NCBI GenBank assembly: GCA_045863235.1
Contig: BTUM01000050.1
Location: 1 to 59,172 of the forward strand
Origin: Candidatus Xenobia bacterium
GTDB lineage: Bacteria; Vulcanimicrobiota; Xenobia; Xenobiales; QWHO01
Direction of reading: 5' to 3'
DNA: 59,172 nt
Notes under the pieces: model-generated
What the model saw: the letters and a program-made list of their open reading frames with translations, nothing else
Database searches by the model: none
What the model was told of the DNA's origin: nothing
Program-made: the position numbers and the translations under genes
In this document: positions 19,912-30,557 of the stretch, piece by piece
Position numbering within the stretch: the stretch's first letter is position 1
Layout of the letters: each line of letters opens with the position of its first letter

Positions 19912-20531
19912 GGCGTTTTCTGGCCTGGGCCGAGAGCCGGCCGGTCGACCTGGGATGCTCGCTCAGCTGGAGCAATTCGTTCCGCTTTCCCCTGCAGAAC
20001 GAGCAGGCCCGGCGCGAGGTGCTGTGGGGCGCTTGTCTGCTGCTGGTCTTGCCCGGGATCGGGTGGTTGCTGAACATGGGCCATCGCGTGGAGATGGTGC
20101 ACCGGATGCACCGGGGCGAATCGGCCTGGCCCGCCTGGACCGACTATCCGCGCCTGTTCCAGAACGGGCTGGTCACCTTCGCCGGGATGCTCTACTACTT
20201 CACGCCAGGCCTGCTGGCCCTTTATCTACGCCAGCGGTCCCTGGCGCTGGTGCTGATGCTGGCGGCCATCGTCGCGATTCCGGGATTCATGACCCACTAT
20301 TGCAGGCAGTTCGACCCGCGCGAGATCTTCGACCCCTTCCGGGCCCTGAGCCGGGTGGCTCAGGGAGGAGTGGCCTACTGGCACGCCTGGGCCATCGCCC
20401 TGGCGGCTCTGGCTTTGAGTTTTCTGGGCCTGCTCTTCGGACTGGCCTTCCTGGCCACCAGCGTCTGGTTCTGGCAGACGGCAGCCATCAGCTTTGCCAC
20501 CGTCTTTACCCGCCAGCTGCCGCGCTCGTAA
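19908..20531 (+). CDS. DUF4013-like membrane protein
   Basis: TTG 19908 overlaps the upstream stop; FRFPLQ...LPGIGWLLNMGH...WPAWTDY. Confidence 0.7.
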   Translation: MRRFLAWAESRPVDLGCSLSWSNSFRFPLQNEQARREVLWGACLLLVLPGIGWLLNMGHRVEMVHRMHRGESAWPAWTDYPRLFQNGLVTFAGMLYYFTPGLLALYLRQRSLALVLMLAAIVAIPGFMTHYCRQFDPREIFDPFRALSRVAQGGVAYWHAWAIALAALALSFLGLLFGLAFLATSVWFWQTAAISFATVFTRQLPRS

Positions 20532-20534
20532 CCC

Positions 20535-20939
20535 TCAGGCCAGCGCCAGGTCCGCCTCGACGAAGGCCCGCTCGCGACGCACGCTGAGGCTCAGCTCCTG
20601 CAACCACAGCTCGCTCTCCTCAGCCAGAGAAAGCCCAGCATCGAGCAACCTCGCGTCTTCTTGCTCCAGGCCCCGCAGGATGTGCTCCAACCCCGTCAGC
20701 AACTTGCCGTAGCCCAGGGTGGCCTGATGAAAGAAGCCCTCGGTCCCCGGCAGAGCCTCGGCGTAGAGAGCCAGTTTCTCCTCAGCAAAGTCGAGCATGC
20801 GCCAGAAATCGTTGGCGTGAGGCTCCTCGAAGCTGCCGTCATGGGCGGCGGCAACGATGGCGCGCAGGCGGCGGATGAGATAACTGTCCTCCAGGCGCTC
20901 TTGAGTGATACCGGCAATCTCCTGATAGCGATGCAGCAT
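20535..20939 (-). CDS. Hypothetical helical protein
   Basis: AAGGAGG RBS before ATG 20939. Confidence 0.7.
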   Translation of the reverse strand: MLHRYQEIAGITQERLEDSYLIRRLRAIVAAAHDGSFEEPHANDFWRMLDFAEEKLALYAEALPGTEGFFHQATLGYGKLLTGLEHILRGLEQEDARLLDAGLSLAEESELWLQELSLSVRRERAFVEADLALA

Positions 20940-21000
20940 GACGGACCCTCCTTGATTGGAAGCCGCGGAGCCAGTCGGCTCCGCGGCCGTGAGCAGTTGA

Positions 21001-21306
21001 TCAGACTGGCTGGAATCCGTTGTGGTTGAAGTCATAGACCCGGAAGTGATGACCGCCGGCCGGACCGGTCCCCATCGGGAGGACGGTGAAGTCGCCCACC
21101 GACTGCTGCCCGCTGGCATCCGTGCGGGTGACGTCCCAGTGGAACCGACCCGTCCGGCTGGCCTCGAGCTGGGCCCCGTTGTCCTGGTTGGTGAAGCTCC
21201 ACTGGCCAGGGGCAGTCCGGTGACCGCTGAGGTTCTCCCCGGCCCGGTTCACTCCGAACGAGGCACCATTCTTGACCACTCCTGCGCCGACGAGACTGTT
21301 GAGCAT
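21001..21306 (-). CDS. Small beta-rich hypothetical protein
   Basis: AAGGAGG RBS, 101 aa. Confidence 0.7.
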   Translation of the reverse strand: MLNSLVGAGVVKNGASFGVNRAGENLSGHRTAPGQWSFTNQDNGAQLEASRTGRFHWDVTRTDASGQQSVGDFTVLPMGTGPAGGHHFRVYDFNHNGFQPV

Positions 21307-21341
21307 CTTCTGAGCCCTCCTTGAATTGCTTGGATGAGCTC

Positions 21342-21395
21342 AGCATAGGGGGTCGCTCTCAGACCAGGCTCAAGGGCGGCTCAAGAAATTCTCAA
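21342..21395 (-). promoter_or_regulatory. Four [TC]TGAG half-sites at exact 11-bp period ending 10 nt before a TATGCT -10 box
   Basis: Plus-strand CTCAG/CTCAA at 21358, 21369, 21380, 21391; AGCATA at 21342-21347. Confidence 0.65.
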
Positions 21396-21548
21396 ATCGG
21401 TTGCTGGAGGGTAAACTTCATCGTTCTCACCATCAGGAGCCTTCGGCCCCGGGAAAATGAACCACACCAGCGGCATCGCAGCCTGAATAGCAGCCGCGCC
21501 CGATTCGCGCAAGAGCTGGCGCTCCCCACCGCGTCACGGCACGGAGCT

Positions 21549-23381
21549 CTACGGGTGGATGATCCGGTGCACCTCGCTCAGATTGGTAAAATACCAGTTG
21601 TCTCCTGACCCGGCCTGGGACGGATTCTCGTAGAACGGTCGGATATGAACCCCCGCCGGCACGATCACTCCGTTGCTGTCGTACACCGGGGGCTTGTTGT
21701 CGTGAGAATCGAGAATCAGCGGGGTGGTGTCGCCGTTCTGGACGTCCGAGGCCAGGTCACCGAGCCACATAATGACGTGCGTTACCTCGCCCTCGGCTCC
21801 CAGGCTGTTCTTGATGTAGAGCAGATCGCCGGGCTGGAGCTGCGCGATGAGCTGTTGGTAGGTGAACTGTCCCCCGGTCGCGACGGTCTGGATCGGGATG
21901 ACGGTCTGACCGTCCCAGGTCGTAGCCTCCGTGTACGTGTTCTGGCCAGGGACCGCCGTTACGGCGTCTTGCGGAACGTCGGCCGGAGCGAGCTTCAGGC
22001 CCAGCCCGAAGTTGTAGTTCCATTGGCTGAAGTCCGAGCAGTCGATGCCGGCGCTGTTTTGTCCCAGGGACACCTCTGACCAGGGCCAGTCGGGAACGAA
22101 GGATGGGTTCCAGTCCGGAACGTGATGGTGCTGGTAGTGATAGCCCAGATACTGTTGAGCGGTCGCGACCACGCGTTGCTGCTGCCACTGCTGCAGCGTG
22201 AAACCGGGGGGCACGTTGGGGGTGGGAGCGGGATACTGGCGCGGCGTCGGGCCAAACGTCTGGTTGACCTCCTCGCTTCCGTAGGCGCTCAGATTGAACC
22301 ACTCGGAGAACGGCTGGATGGTCGATTCCTCGCTGGCCTGGTTGCGCGGTGATTGCGAGAAGTCCGGAGTCAGACTGGCAGCCGGGATACTGAGCTTGAT
22401 CTGGTAAGGCGACGTGTAGGTCGGCATCGGGCTGATGAGCACCCCGGTGGACGCCGACAGGCTGTTGAGCAAGGCTCCCGATGCTCTGGCTCCCTTGTTC
22501 TGGGTGCTGGTTTCGAACGCCCTGACCGCGGAGGCGAGCTGGCTCGTCGCAGCGGACCCCGAGAGTGCGCTCGTGTTGGCCGGCTGGAGGGTCGAGGGAT
22601 CGCCTGCGCTGGTGGACTGCGACAGCACCCAGACGGTGACCCCGTACTGCATGCCGTCGAATTGACCGTCCTGGGCGTCGTTGTTCAGAGCCAGGAGAAA
22701 GCTGGGCATGGAGAGATTCCGGTCGCTGGCTTCCTGGGCCAACCCTGCGATGCACAAGCCATAGTTGATGGAGTCGCGCGACCCGGTGCTCGTCGTGGAC
22801 GGGTCGATCGGAGCGGTGCTCAGCAGATCGGTAAGTCCAAGATAGCTCCCCATCGCGGCGTTGGACGAGGTGATGGCCGTCTGCGGGGACACCCCGGCCC
22901 GGATCTGGGCCAACGCCAGCTCGCAGGCGAACGTGGTGAAGGGAGTGACGTGGACCGAGCCTGTGGTCGGGGTGGGGACGATCGCGCGCAACACGAGGCC
23001 GGAAGGCAGCGGCGCGGTCTCACCCGTGACCACGTTCGTGTCCGTGCCGCCCGTGACCTGGATCACGACGGGGGCCGAGTCAGTTCCCAGATTGAACGCG
23101 TATTGATTGGTGTTCGCGATCACCTCGAGCACCGAGGTGGGCTCTTGCACGGGGAAGCTCTCGACCGTGGGAGAGAATTCGCCCAGGGTGCCGTCTGGCT
23201 GGACATTGTACACGGTTACGGTCGGTCCCTGGACGGGGCCATCGAAGATCGAGCCGGAGACGGCTCCCGGCGGGAGCGGCTGAGGAGCGGGGTTGCTCGC
23301 CTGGGTTGACAACGCGCCATTCTCTCCGCAGCCTGTCAGCAAGAGAGCGCCAATGAACCATGCATGCCAGCGATACGTCAT
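21549..23381 (-). CDS. Lipoprotein with C-terminal NlpC/P60 (C40) peptidase domain
   Basis: Lipobox LTGC; AQQYLGYHY, GIDCSDF, LQPGDLLY, THVIMWLG. Confidence 0.85.
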   Translation of the reverse strand: MTYRWHAWFIGALLLTGCGENGALSTQASNPAPQPLPPGAVSGSIFDGPVQGPTVTVYNVQPDGTLGEFSPTVESFPVQEPTSVLEVIANTNQYAFNLGTDSAPVVIQVTGGTDTNVVTGETAPLPSGLVLRAIVPTPTTGSVHVTPFTTFACELALAQIRAGVSPQTAITSSNAAMGSYLGLTDLLSTAPIDPSTTSTGSRDSINYGLCIAGLAQEASDRNLSMPSFLLALNNDAQDGQFDGMQYGVTVWVLSQSTSAGDPSTLQPANTSALSGSAATSQLASAVRAFETSTQNKGARASGALLNSLSASTGVLISPMPTYTSPYQIKLSIPAASLTPDFSQSPRNQASEESTIQPFSEWFNLSAYGSEEVNQTFGPTPRQYPAPTPNVPPGFTLQQWQQQRVVATAQQYLGYHYQHHHVPDWNPSFVPDWPWSEVSLGQNSAGIDCSDFSQWNYNFGLGLKLAPADVPQDAVTAVPGQNTYTEATTWDGQTVIPIQTVATGGQFTYQQLIAQLQPGDLLYIKNSLGAEGEVTHVIMWLGDLASDVQNGDTTPLILDSHDNKPPVYDSNGVIVPAGVHIRPFYENPSQAGSGDNWYFTNLSEVHRIIHP

Positions 23382-23581
23382 TTTGCGGCAGTTCGAGATC
23401 GATTGGGGTCGTGCCTGCGGAAAAGACCTTGTCGAAGTGCCAGCTTGAGTGTCGTTGTGGTGTTCGAAAAGCTCACCCACCAGCTTTGCCTAGCTCGAGG
23501 CCCGGAAAATGGGCCGACGAGGTCCTGGCCCAGGTGGAGCCGGGACGGGTCCGGAGGAGAATACCCCGATCTGCGACAAAC

Positions 23582-26496
23582 TCAGGAACGCTTGCGCAAC
23601 CGGACCCCGGGCAGGGTCACCTGGCCGGCCTCTTCGAGAACCGAGGCCGACCGGACCTGGGCGGGGGTCGCACCGGGCCGGGACATCTCGGCCAGCACCG
23701 CCTCGACATCCAGTTTGCCAAACAGGGTGTCCGGCCCGAGTCGAGAGGCGGCCGCGGTGAACTCCGTGAAGGCCTCGGAGAAGCGCGGCCCATTCTCCCA
23801 GCGGCCCAGGGCATGCAGTCGCTCGACGACGGCGCGAAAATCCTCACGATTCCCCAGCATGGCCCGCAGCCGCACGCCGGCATCCACCGTGTCGGCCAGG
23901 GTCTCGCCGGGCCCGAGACGAGCCGTCAGGGCGGCCCAGTCCTCGGTCGCCTCCTTCAGGTCACCCGGGCAGGCCTGCAGCCAGCTCAAAGCGGCCTGGC
24001 AGCGCTCCGCAAAACTCTCCTGGCCGACCGGGGTCGACAGGGCCGTGAAGCCACGCGAGGCATACTCATCGCTTCCCAGCGCGTAGAGCAGCGGAGCGGC
24101 GGTTCGCAGGGCTTCGGGCGAGCCCAGTTGGCGGGCCACCTCCTCGGCAGCCGGGCCCAGCTTGAGCAAAGCCCCGGCCTCCAGGGTCCAGTCGGCTCCG
24201 CCCAGGCGCCGGGCGATCTCGGCCGTGGCCTCGGGGTCGGAGCCGGCCCGTCCCAACAGCCTGGCAGAGCGACCGATGCGAGTCAGCTGGTCGTCGGCCT
24301 CCCCGGCCCGAAGGCCCAGGAAGTCCTCCACCTCGGCCAGCTTGCTCCCCTTGAGGGGGCCCGCCAGCGCGGCGCGCTGCTCGGGGCCGGCGCCAGCGGC
24401 CTGCAGCAACCGGAAGTACTGGGCGGTCTGCTGTTTGCGTCCCTGGTCCCCGGCGGCCAGCCAGCCGGCGCACTCGAGGTTGGCCAGATGCTCCTCGCGA
24501 CCGGGCTGCTCGAGCAGGGGCAGGAGCTCGAGCCCGCGCGTGAGGTCCCAGCAGGCCCGGGTAGCGGCCGCCAGCGACTCGGTGGCCCGGGGGCCGAGCT
24601 CGAAGGCCTGCCGCATGGCCACCCGGGTCCGGGCATCGGCGTTGGGCAGCGTCTCGATCTGATTGCGAATGGTCTTGTAGTCTTGCAGCAGGTCGCCCAG
24701 GGGTCGCTGGCGCCCGCTCAAAAGCGAAGTCGCGTCCATGGAGGCCTCCAGGCCCACCCCCTGCTCCACCAGAAAGCGCACCCCGGCGGGCCGGTCTTGC
24801 TGCTTGAAGCCCTGCTCGACCAGTCGGTCCACCATCGCGGGGGCGACCGAGCCGGTGGCCTGCAGCACGGCCAGCCCCAGATCGCGGTCGGGCGACTGCT
24901 GCAGCAAAGTCCAGGCAGCCAGGGCCCGGTCGGGATCGCCCGCACAGCACGAGAGCACCCGGGCAAAGTCGGGCCCGTCGCGCGCAAGGTCCGAGCCTGT
25001 CCAGCCTTCCAGCAACCTGGTAGCCTGCTCGGCGCGCCAGTTGGCCTTCTTGGTGGAATCAAGCTCCTCGTTCCAGGCCAGCCAGGCGGCCGCCCGGGTC
25101 GGATTCTCATTGACGGCGGCCAATGCTTTCCGGGTCTCTTCAAAGTCCTGACTCGGACGGACCATCAGCTGCAGGCAGAGCCCGTGCTGCTCGATGGGTA
25201 GCTCGCTCCACATGCGGGCAACGTGGGGAGCGAAATCTCGCTCCTTGGCAAACTTCTCCAACCCCGCCTCGACGTCCACCTCCCCCTGTCGGGCCGCCCA
25301 CCCGGCGATCAGGTCTCTCGCCACTTCCTTGCGCAGGACGACGTCCTGCAGCTTCTCCAGCTGCTCGGCCCGCTCCGGGCTCCGGGCCAGATGGGTCGCT
25401 GTCAGAGCCAGATCGAGGTCCTCCACCCTGCGCATCGTCTCCGCCAGCTTGTCGGAGGAAACCTGTCCGAATGGGCCAGCGCCTGGACCGCCTGCTCTCC
25501 GCTCTTGAGCGGCAAGTCTCCGAGAAATTTGACCAGGTCTGCCAGAGGATGCTCACGAGCGAGCCGCAGCAACTCCTGGTAGCCCAGATCCGCGCCGAAA
25601 CTCAACCGACAGGTGGCGGCAGCGGCCTGGGCCCTGGTCACGATGTCGGCCTCGTGGTGATCGAGCTCGGCCTTGTGGATCCGGGTCCAGATATCGTTCC
25701 TGCGGTCGCCGTGTCGTTCCGCAATCGTGGCCGCGGCAAGCTCCGGCTCGACCTTTGCGAGAAACGCCTCGAACGGCTCCATCTCGGCGGCGCTGAAGTG
25801 TCCGAGCGACAGGCTCTTCTTGCGGTCCTGCTCGGGAGTGTGGATTTCCACGCTGTGCTCGGGAGCTTTCAGCCCCTGGTAAAGTCGCAGGGGGATCTCG
25901 CTGTGCAGGGCTCCGTCGCAACAAAGGCCTTTCTCGGTCAGCCACTTGAGGCTTCGGGCCAGGTCGGGGCGCTCCAGCTCAGTCTCGCTGCAACGGCCCG
26001 TCATGAACAAGAAGAAGCCTGCTTCGTCCAGGCTCTTGACGTTGTAGCAGTAAATCCCGCTGCTCAGGTAGGCCCCTCGCCCGGCCCGGATGTTCTCGAA
26101 AGCCTCCTGGGGGGTGACCGAGCCGCTCTTTCCCTCCGGGGCCCCCGCCGGTCGGCCGGAGGCTTTCTCGAGCTCGACGAGGCCCTGACGCACCGCGTCG
26201 GCCAGTCGGCTGCCCTGCTCGGAGGTCGGGACCGGCGGCTGAGCCGCTGGCTCACTGAAGGGAGCCAGCCAGCCGAGCAGGCTGATCCCGGTGCGCCGCA
26301 GCGTCTCGGAAGCCGTGCTGGTCAGAGAGCCGGGGGAAGGAGGTGCGGGGGTCGCTGCCACGACAGGCCGGGACGGCGACCAGGAGGGAAGAGAGGACAG
26401 CTGGACGCTGTCGGGCAGGGGTCCTCCCGACGCGGATTGCGGCAGGCTCCAACCCGGTTGCAGAGGGGTGAATCCGTTGGTGGGGCGGATGTCCAT
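23582..26496 (-). CDS. About 970-aa helical-repeat orphan with shared C-terminal motif (QVTLPGVRLRKR); probable frameshift near 25455
   Basis: ORFs 25402..26496 and 23582..25435 join as ...HSDRFPP-DKLAETMRRVED with one added base. N-terminus MDIRP...PDSVQLSS. Confidence 0.75.
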
Positions 26497-26610
26497 GCTT
26501 GGACCTTGCATGTTCTCTTTGGGCCAGGTCAGGCCCTTCGTTTGGCTCGGGCAGGGAGGCCAACCAAGTCCTTCGAACGCTGTTCGATTCCGTCCTCAGG
26601 AGGACCTCCC

Positions 26611-28893
26611 ATGAAACTGTCCCACAACCTGATTGTCGTCGGACTGTGCACCGTCAGCCTCGTTCTGGGCTGCTCAGACGGCGCCATCCTGGATAACGGG
26701 GCTCAGGGGGTGCCTCCGGCACTGACTCTGCCGCAGGGCACGGCCTCTACCTTCGCGGGCTCGGTAGCCACCCGGGGAGCCCAGCCCGGCGCCGAGATCG
26801 TCATCAAGGACGCCTCTGGCACTGTCATCGGCACGGCCCTCTCCGATCAACAGGGGAACTACTCCCTGAGCGTCGACCCTGTCGTGCGCGACAACGCCGG
26901 CCCCTTCCTGGTGCAGGCCACGCTGGTGGACGGAACGGTGCTGTTCAGCCTGAGCCCGGGGAACTCGATCGTCAACGTGAGCCCTCTCGAGGACGGGCTG
27001 CTGCGGGCCTATTATGGAGCACTTGGAACCTCTTCCGAGGAGGTCTTCGCGAACTTCTCCCTGGCCAGCCCGGTGCCCAATCCGTCCCAGTTTGCAGAGG
27101 CCCTGAGCACCCTGACCGCGCCCATCGAGCAAAGCTTCGGGCTCGACCCCAGCTTCGAGCCCATCTCCACCCCCTTTGACCCTTCGGCCAACAGCGCTTA
27201 CGGGCAGATGCTCGGCTCGCTGACCGTGACCTCGAACGGCGACCTCCTGGTGCTGACCTCCAGAGACATCGAGGTGCGGGCGCGGGCCATCCCCCATCTG
27301 GGCTCGCAGGGGGTGGGCTTTCCGGGCGTCTGGGTCACCTTTGAGGGCACCCGCACCGTGTCGGGGGTTCAAACCGCCCTCCAGACCCCTCCCGTCAACG
27401 CGCTGGTGGCGGTCTCAGGCATGGTGGAGGATGTCGTGACCGCTCCCCAGGCGCGGGAAGAGATTCAGGCGGCCGGTCCGATCGACGGGACCCGTGTGCT
27501 GGTCGGGTATTATGCCAACTGGACCGCCTATCGAGGCTATCCCGGTCAGCCCACGGGGAGTACCGACAAGGACGCCCAGAGCCGCGGCTACAACGTCTTT
27601 CAGAACGCGGGCAATCCCAGCGACACGACCAATCAGATTCCGGCCGACAAGCTGAACGTGGTCAACTACGCCTTCGCCAGGATCGTCGATCAGGGCGAGA
27701 CGTACCCCTATAAGCGGGGCGATCTGGAAGGCCCGCCCGGCACCGTGGTGGCCTTCGACTACTGGGCCGATTGGGGAAAATCCTATCCGCCCGACACCTG
27801 GGCAGATCCGACCAGGTTTGCGCCCGACGAGTTCCGCGGGAATTTCAAAGAGATCGCCAAGCTCAAAGCCAAATATCCTCAGCTCAAGGTGATGATCTCC
27901 ATCGGGGGCTGGACTCTGACGGCTCCGTTCTCCGACATGGCCAAAGACCCCAAGAGGCGAGCCCTCTTCGTGAGGTCGGCGGTCAACTTCATGAGCAAGT
28001 ACGGCTTTGACGGCATCGACATCGACTGGGAGTACCCGGTCGTGCGCAAAGGAACAGGTCCGGACGGCAAGGATATTCCGGGCGACCCCGCCGACACCAA
28101 GAACTACACCGCGCTGATGGGCGAGTTGCGCCAGGCCCTCGATGCCAAAGGTCAAAATGAAAATCGGAAGTTTTATCTGAGCGCCGCCGTCCCGGCCGCT
28201 CCCAAGACTTTCGCCCACATCGAGCTGGGCAAGGTGGCCCAATCGGTCGACTGGTTCAACCTGATGGCCTACGACTACCATGGCTCTTTCGACGCGAGCC
28301 CTCCGAAGACGGGTCATCTGGCTTCCCTGTTCCCGGGCACAAGCGGGTCCGTACCTGATCCGTTCGGTCCCGACGACTTCAACACCGACGCAGCGGTGAA
28401 GGCTTACCTTGCGGCCGGGGTGCCGCCCCAGAAGATCATCATGGGTGTGCCGGCTTATGGACGCAGCTTTCCCCAGGTGGCGAGCATCGACAACAATGGG
28501 CTGTTCCAGAGCTTCGACGTGTCCAAGGGCAATGTGCTCGGCACCTTCGATGACCCGAAAGCTGCCACGGGAGTGTTCGACTACTGGCACATCTCGCAGC
28601 TTTACGACTCGGGCACCGATAAGCAATTCAAGCACTACGACAGCACCGCCATCGCTGCCTGGACTTTCTCCGGGCTCTTCAAACAGCCCGACAAAGGCAG
28701 CGTGCTGATCACCTACGACGACGTGGACAATGCCATCAGCAAGAAGGTGGACTACGTCAAAGCCCAGCTCCCCGCCCCCATCAAGGGCCATGACCTGGGG
28801 GGCATCATGATCTGGGATCTGGCCGGCGACGTTCACGACGCCACTCAGCCCAACTCCATCGTCAACAAAGTCAGCAGCAGGCTGAACAACTGA
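26611..28893 (+). CDS. GH18 chitinase-family lipoprotein
   Basis: AGGAGG RBS, lipobox VLGC, ISIGGW, catalytic FDGIDIDWEYP, NLMAYDYHG, GGIMIWDL. Confidence 0.93.
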   Translation: MKLSHNLIVVGLCTVSLVLGCSDGAILDNGAQGVPPALTLPQGTASTFAGSVATRGAQPGAEIVIKDASGTVIGTALSDQQGNYSLSVDPVVRDNAGPFLVQATLVDGTVLFSLSPGNSIVNVSPLEDGLLRAYYGALGTSSEEVFANFSLASPVPNPSQFAEALSTLTAPIEQSFGLDPSFEPISTPFDPSANSAYGQMLGSLTVTSNGDLLVLTSRDIEVRARAIPHLGSQGVGFPGVWVTFEGTRTVSGVQTALQTPPVNALVAVSGMVEDVVTAPQAREEIQAAGPIDGTRVLVGYYANWTAYRGYPGQPTGSTDKDAQSRGYNVFQNAGNPSDTTNQIPADKLNVVNYAFARIVDQGETYPYKRGDLEGPPGTVVAFDYWADWGKSYPPDTWADPTRFAPDEFRGNFKEIAKLKAKYPQLKVMISIGGWTLTAPFSDMAKDPKRRALFVRSAVNFMSKYGFDGIDIDWEYPVVRKGTGPDGKDIPGDPADTKNYTALMGELRQALDAKGQNENRKFYLSAAVPAAPKTFAHIELGKVAQSVDWFNLMAYDYHGSFDASPPKTGHLASLFPGTSGSVPDPFGPDDFNTDAAVKAYLAAGVPPQKIIMGVPAYGRSFPQVASIDNNGLFQSFDVSKGNVLGTFDDPKAATGVFDYWHISQLYDSGTDKQFKHYDSTAIAAWTFSGLFKQPDKGSVLITYDDVDNAISKKVDYVKAQLPAPIKGHDLGGIMIWDLAGDVHDATQPNSIVNKVSSRLNN

Positions 28894-29987
28894 TGCGCCT
28901 GGTCGGCCTGCTCCTGCTGCTGACAACCAGCCTGCTGGCCGTGCCGGTTCCTCAAGAGCTGGTCGAGGTGCCGGTAGAGCGCCTGGTGCGCAACCTGAAA
29001 GCTCGCTGCCAGGCCGAGCCCGAGGACGCGCGACGCTGGTTCGAGCTGGGCCGAGCCCAAATGATCGGGTATGCCCTCAAGACGCCCACTCTGACCGTCA
29101 ACCTGCGCTACCGGGCCGAGTTTCCCGTAGGCACGGACCTGCCCCCGCGCGAGGTGCGGGCGGCCTCGTCGGGGGAGCAAAACAAGCAGGCTCGGGCCCA
29201 CCTGGAAGCGGCCATGACGGCCTACCGCAAGGCGCTCGAGCTCGACCCCGACCTGCTGGTGGCTCTGCTTGGTCTGGGATGGTGCCAGATGGAGGCCGGC
29301 CAGGAAGTGCAGGCCCGCGAGAACCTGCGCCAGGCGTTCCGCCAGGCTTACAAGCGCGAGCAGGAGCACCGCACCCCGCTCTTCGGCACCACCGTGACCG
29401 AGGAGACGGGCCGCTATCTCAAAGTGCTGCTCGACCCGAAGAAAGACGCTGCCGAGCTGGCAGACATCGACAAGAAGTGCCAGCACGTGGCCAGCCTCCC
29501 CCGGGCGGTCACTCCGCTGCTCGTTCCGCTGGAGGACGATCTCGAGCTGGAGGACCTGATCAATCCCTCCAGTGCAGTCGCCTTCGACCTGGACGGGTCG
29601 GGCCTGGCCCGGCGCTGGGGCTGGCCCAACACCCGGGCCGCCTTCCTGGTGTGGGCGCCCGGCTCGCGGCCGATCACCTCGGGCCTGCAGCTCTTCGGCA
29701 ACGTGACCTTCTTCGTGCTGTGGGAGGATGGCTACCAGGCCCTGGCCTCGCTCGACGACGACGCCGACGACCGTCTGAGAGGGACCGAGCTGGACGGCCT
29801 GGGGCTGTGGAGCGATCTCGATCAGGACGGTCGCTCTCGTCCCGAAGAGGTCCGAACGCTGGCCGCAATGGGAGTGGTGGAGCTGAGCTGTCGAGGCCAC
29901 CGAGGTCGATCGGCCGAGGGAATTCGCTTTGCCGACGGCCGGGTTCGGCCGACCTATGACTGGGTGGGAGAGCTGCTCGGGCCCTGA
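28893..29987 (+). CDS. Secreted TPR protein with C-terminal Ca-binding domain of the type found in large RTX proteins
   Basis: Signal peptide; TPRs (AYRKALELDP); FDLDGSG...LFGN...DGYQALASLDDDADD...LWSDLDQDG. Confidence 0.75.
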   Translation: MRLVGLLLLLTTSLLAVPVPQELVEVPVERLVRNLKARCQAEPEDARRWFELGRAQMIGYALKTPTLTVNLRYRAEFPVGTDLPPREVRAASSGEQNKQARAHLEAAMTAYRKALELDPDLLVALLGLGWCQMEAGQEVQARENLRQAFRQAYKREQEHRTPLFGTTVTEETGRYLKVLLDPKKDAAELADIDKKCQHVASLPRAVTPLLVPLEDDLELEDLINPSSAVAFDLDGSGLARRWGWPNTRAAFLVWAPGSRPITSGLQLFGNVTFFVLWEDGYQALASLDDDADDRLRGTELDGLGLWSDLDQDGRSRPEEVRTLAAMGVVELSCRGHRGRSAEGIRFADGRVRPTYDWVGELLGP

Positions 29988-30006
29988 CGGGCGCAGGGTC
30001 CCTGCG

Positions 30007-30420
30007 CTACTTCGCGCAACGGCGGGCCAGAGTCCGCACGAACCCCGGGTCTTCGAGCTCGGCCGGCGTCAGGTAGTCGATCGTCGCCAGCAGCCGGGTC
30101 GGCTGGTTGGCCGGAGTAAAGACCAGCAGCAGGTAGGAGCGCTCGGTCCGAACCGGCAGGGCGCGGTCGGGCGTGCCGTCCCCGTCGAAGTCCTCGACCA
30201 GGCCAGCGCTCGCCTGGAACTCGTCGCGGATCGTGAGTTGCCCGCGGGACCACAGCTCGTGAGCTGCCTCGCTCGTGCACAGCAGACGGGGATTCTTCAG
30301 GTAGGTCAGCCGGCCGGCCGCCTCCAGGGTGTGGTAGCCGAACTCGGGGGACGAATCGCGGGGGAGCAGCAGCCCGAGCAGCGCCACGACGGCGAGCACG
30401 ATCAGGAGGTCCCGTCTCAT
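30007..30420 (-). CDS. Hypothetical exported protein
   Basis: N-terminal TM/signal; DFDGDGTPD loop. Confidence 0.6.
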   Translation of the reverse strand: MRRDLLIVLAVVALLGLLLPRDSSPEFGYHTLEAAGRLTYLKNPRLLCTSEAAHELWSRGQLTIRDEFQASAGLVEDFDGDGTPDRALPVRTERSYLLLVFTPANQPTRLLATIDYLTPAELEDPGFVRTLARRCAK

Positions 30421-30557
30421 ATCCGCTCTTGTCGCCCCGAGCGACGGAATCTTCCCCGCCAAGGAGCGGACCCGGGCGGAAGTAAGCCGCAGCGAGCGGT
30501 ACTCCGTTTTCCCTGGGAGCGCGCAGAACAGCCCTCAGCGCGGCTCGGAGTAAATGT

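Noticed and set aside
25123..26610. N-terminal ~500 aa of the 1256-aa track ORF as part of the chitinase
   Set aside because: Overlaps a real minus-strand gene; RBS and lipoprotein signal place the start at 26611.
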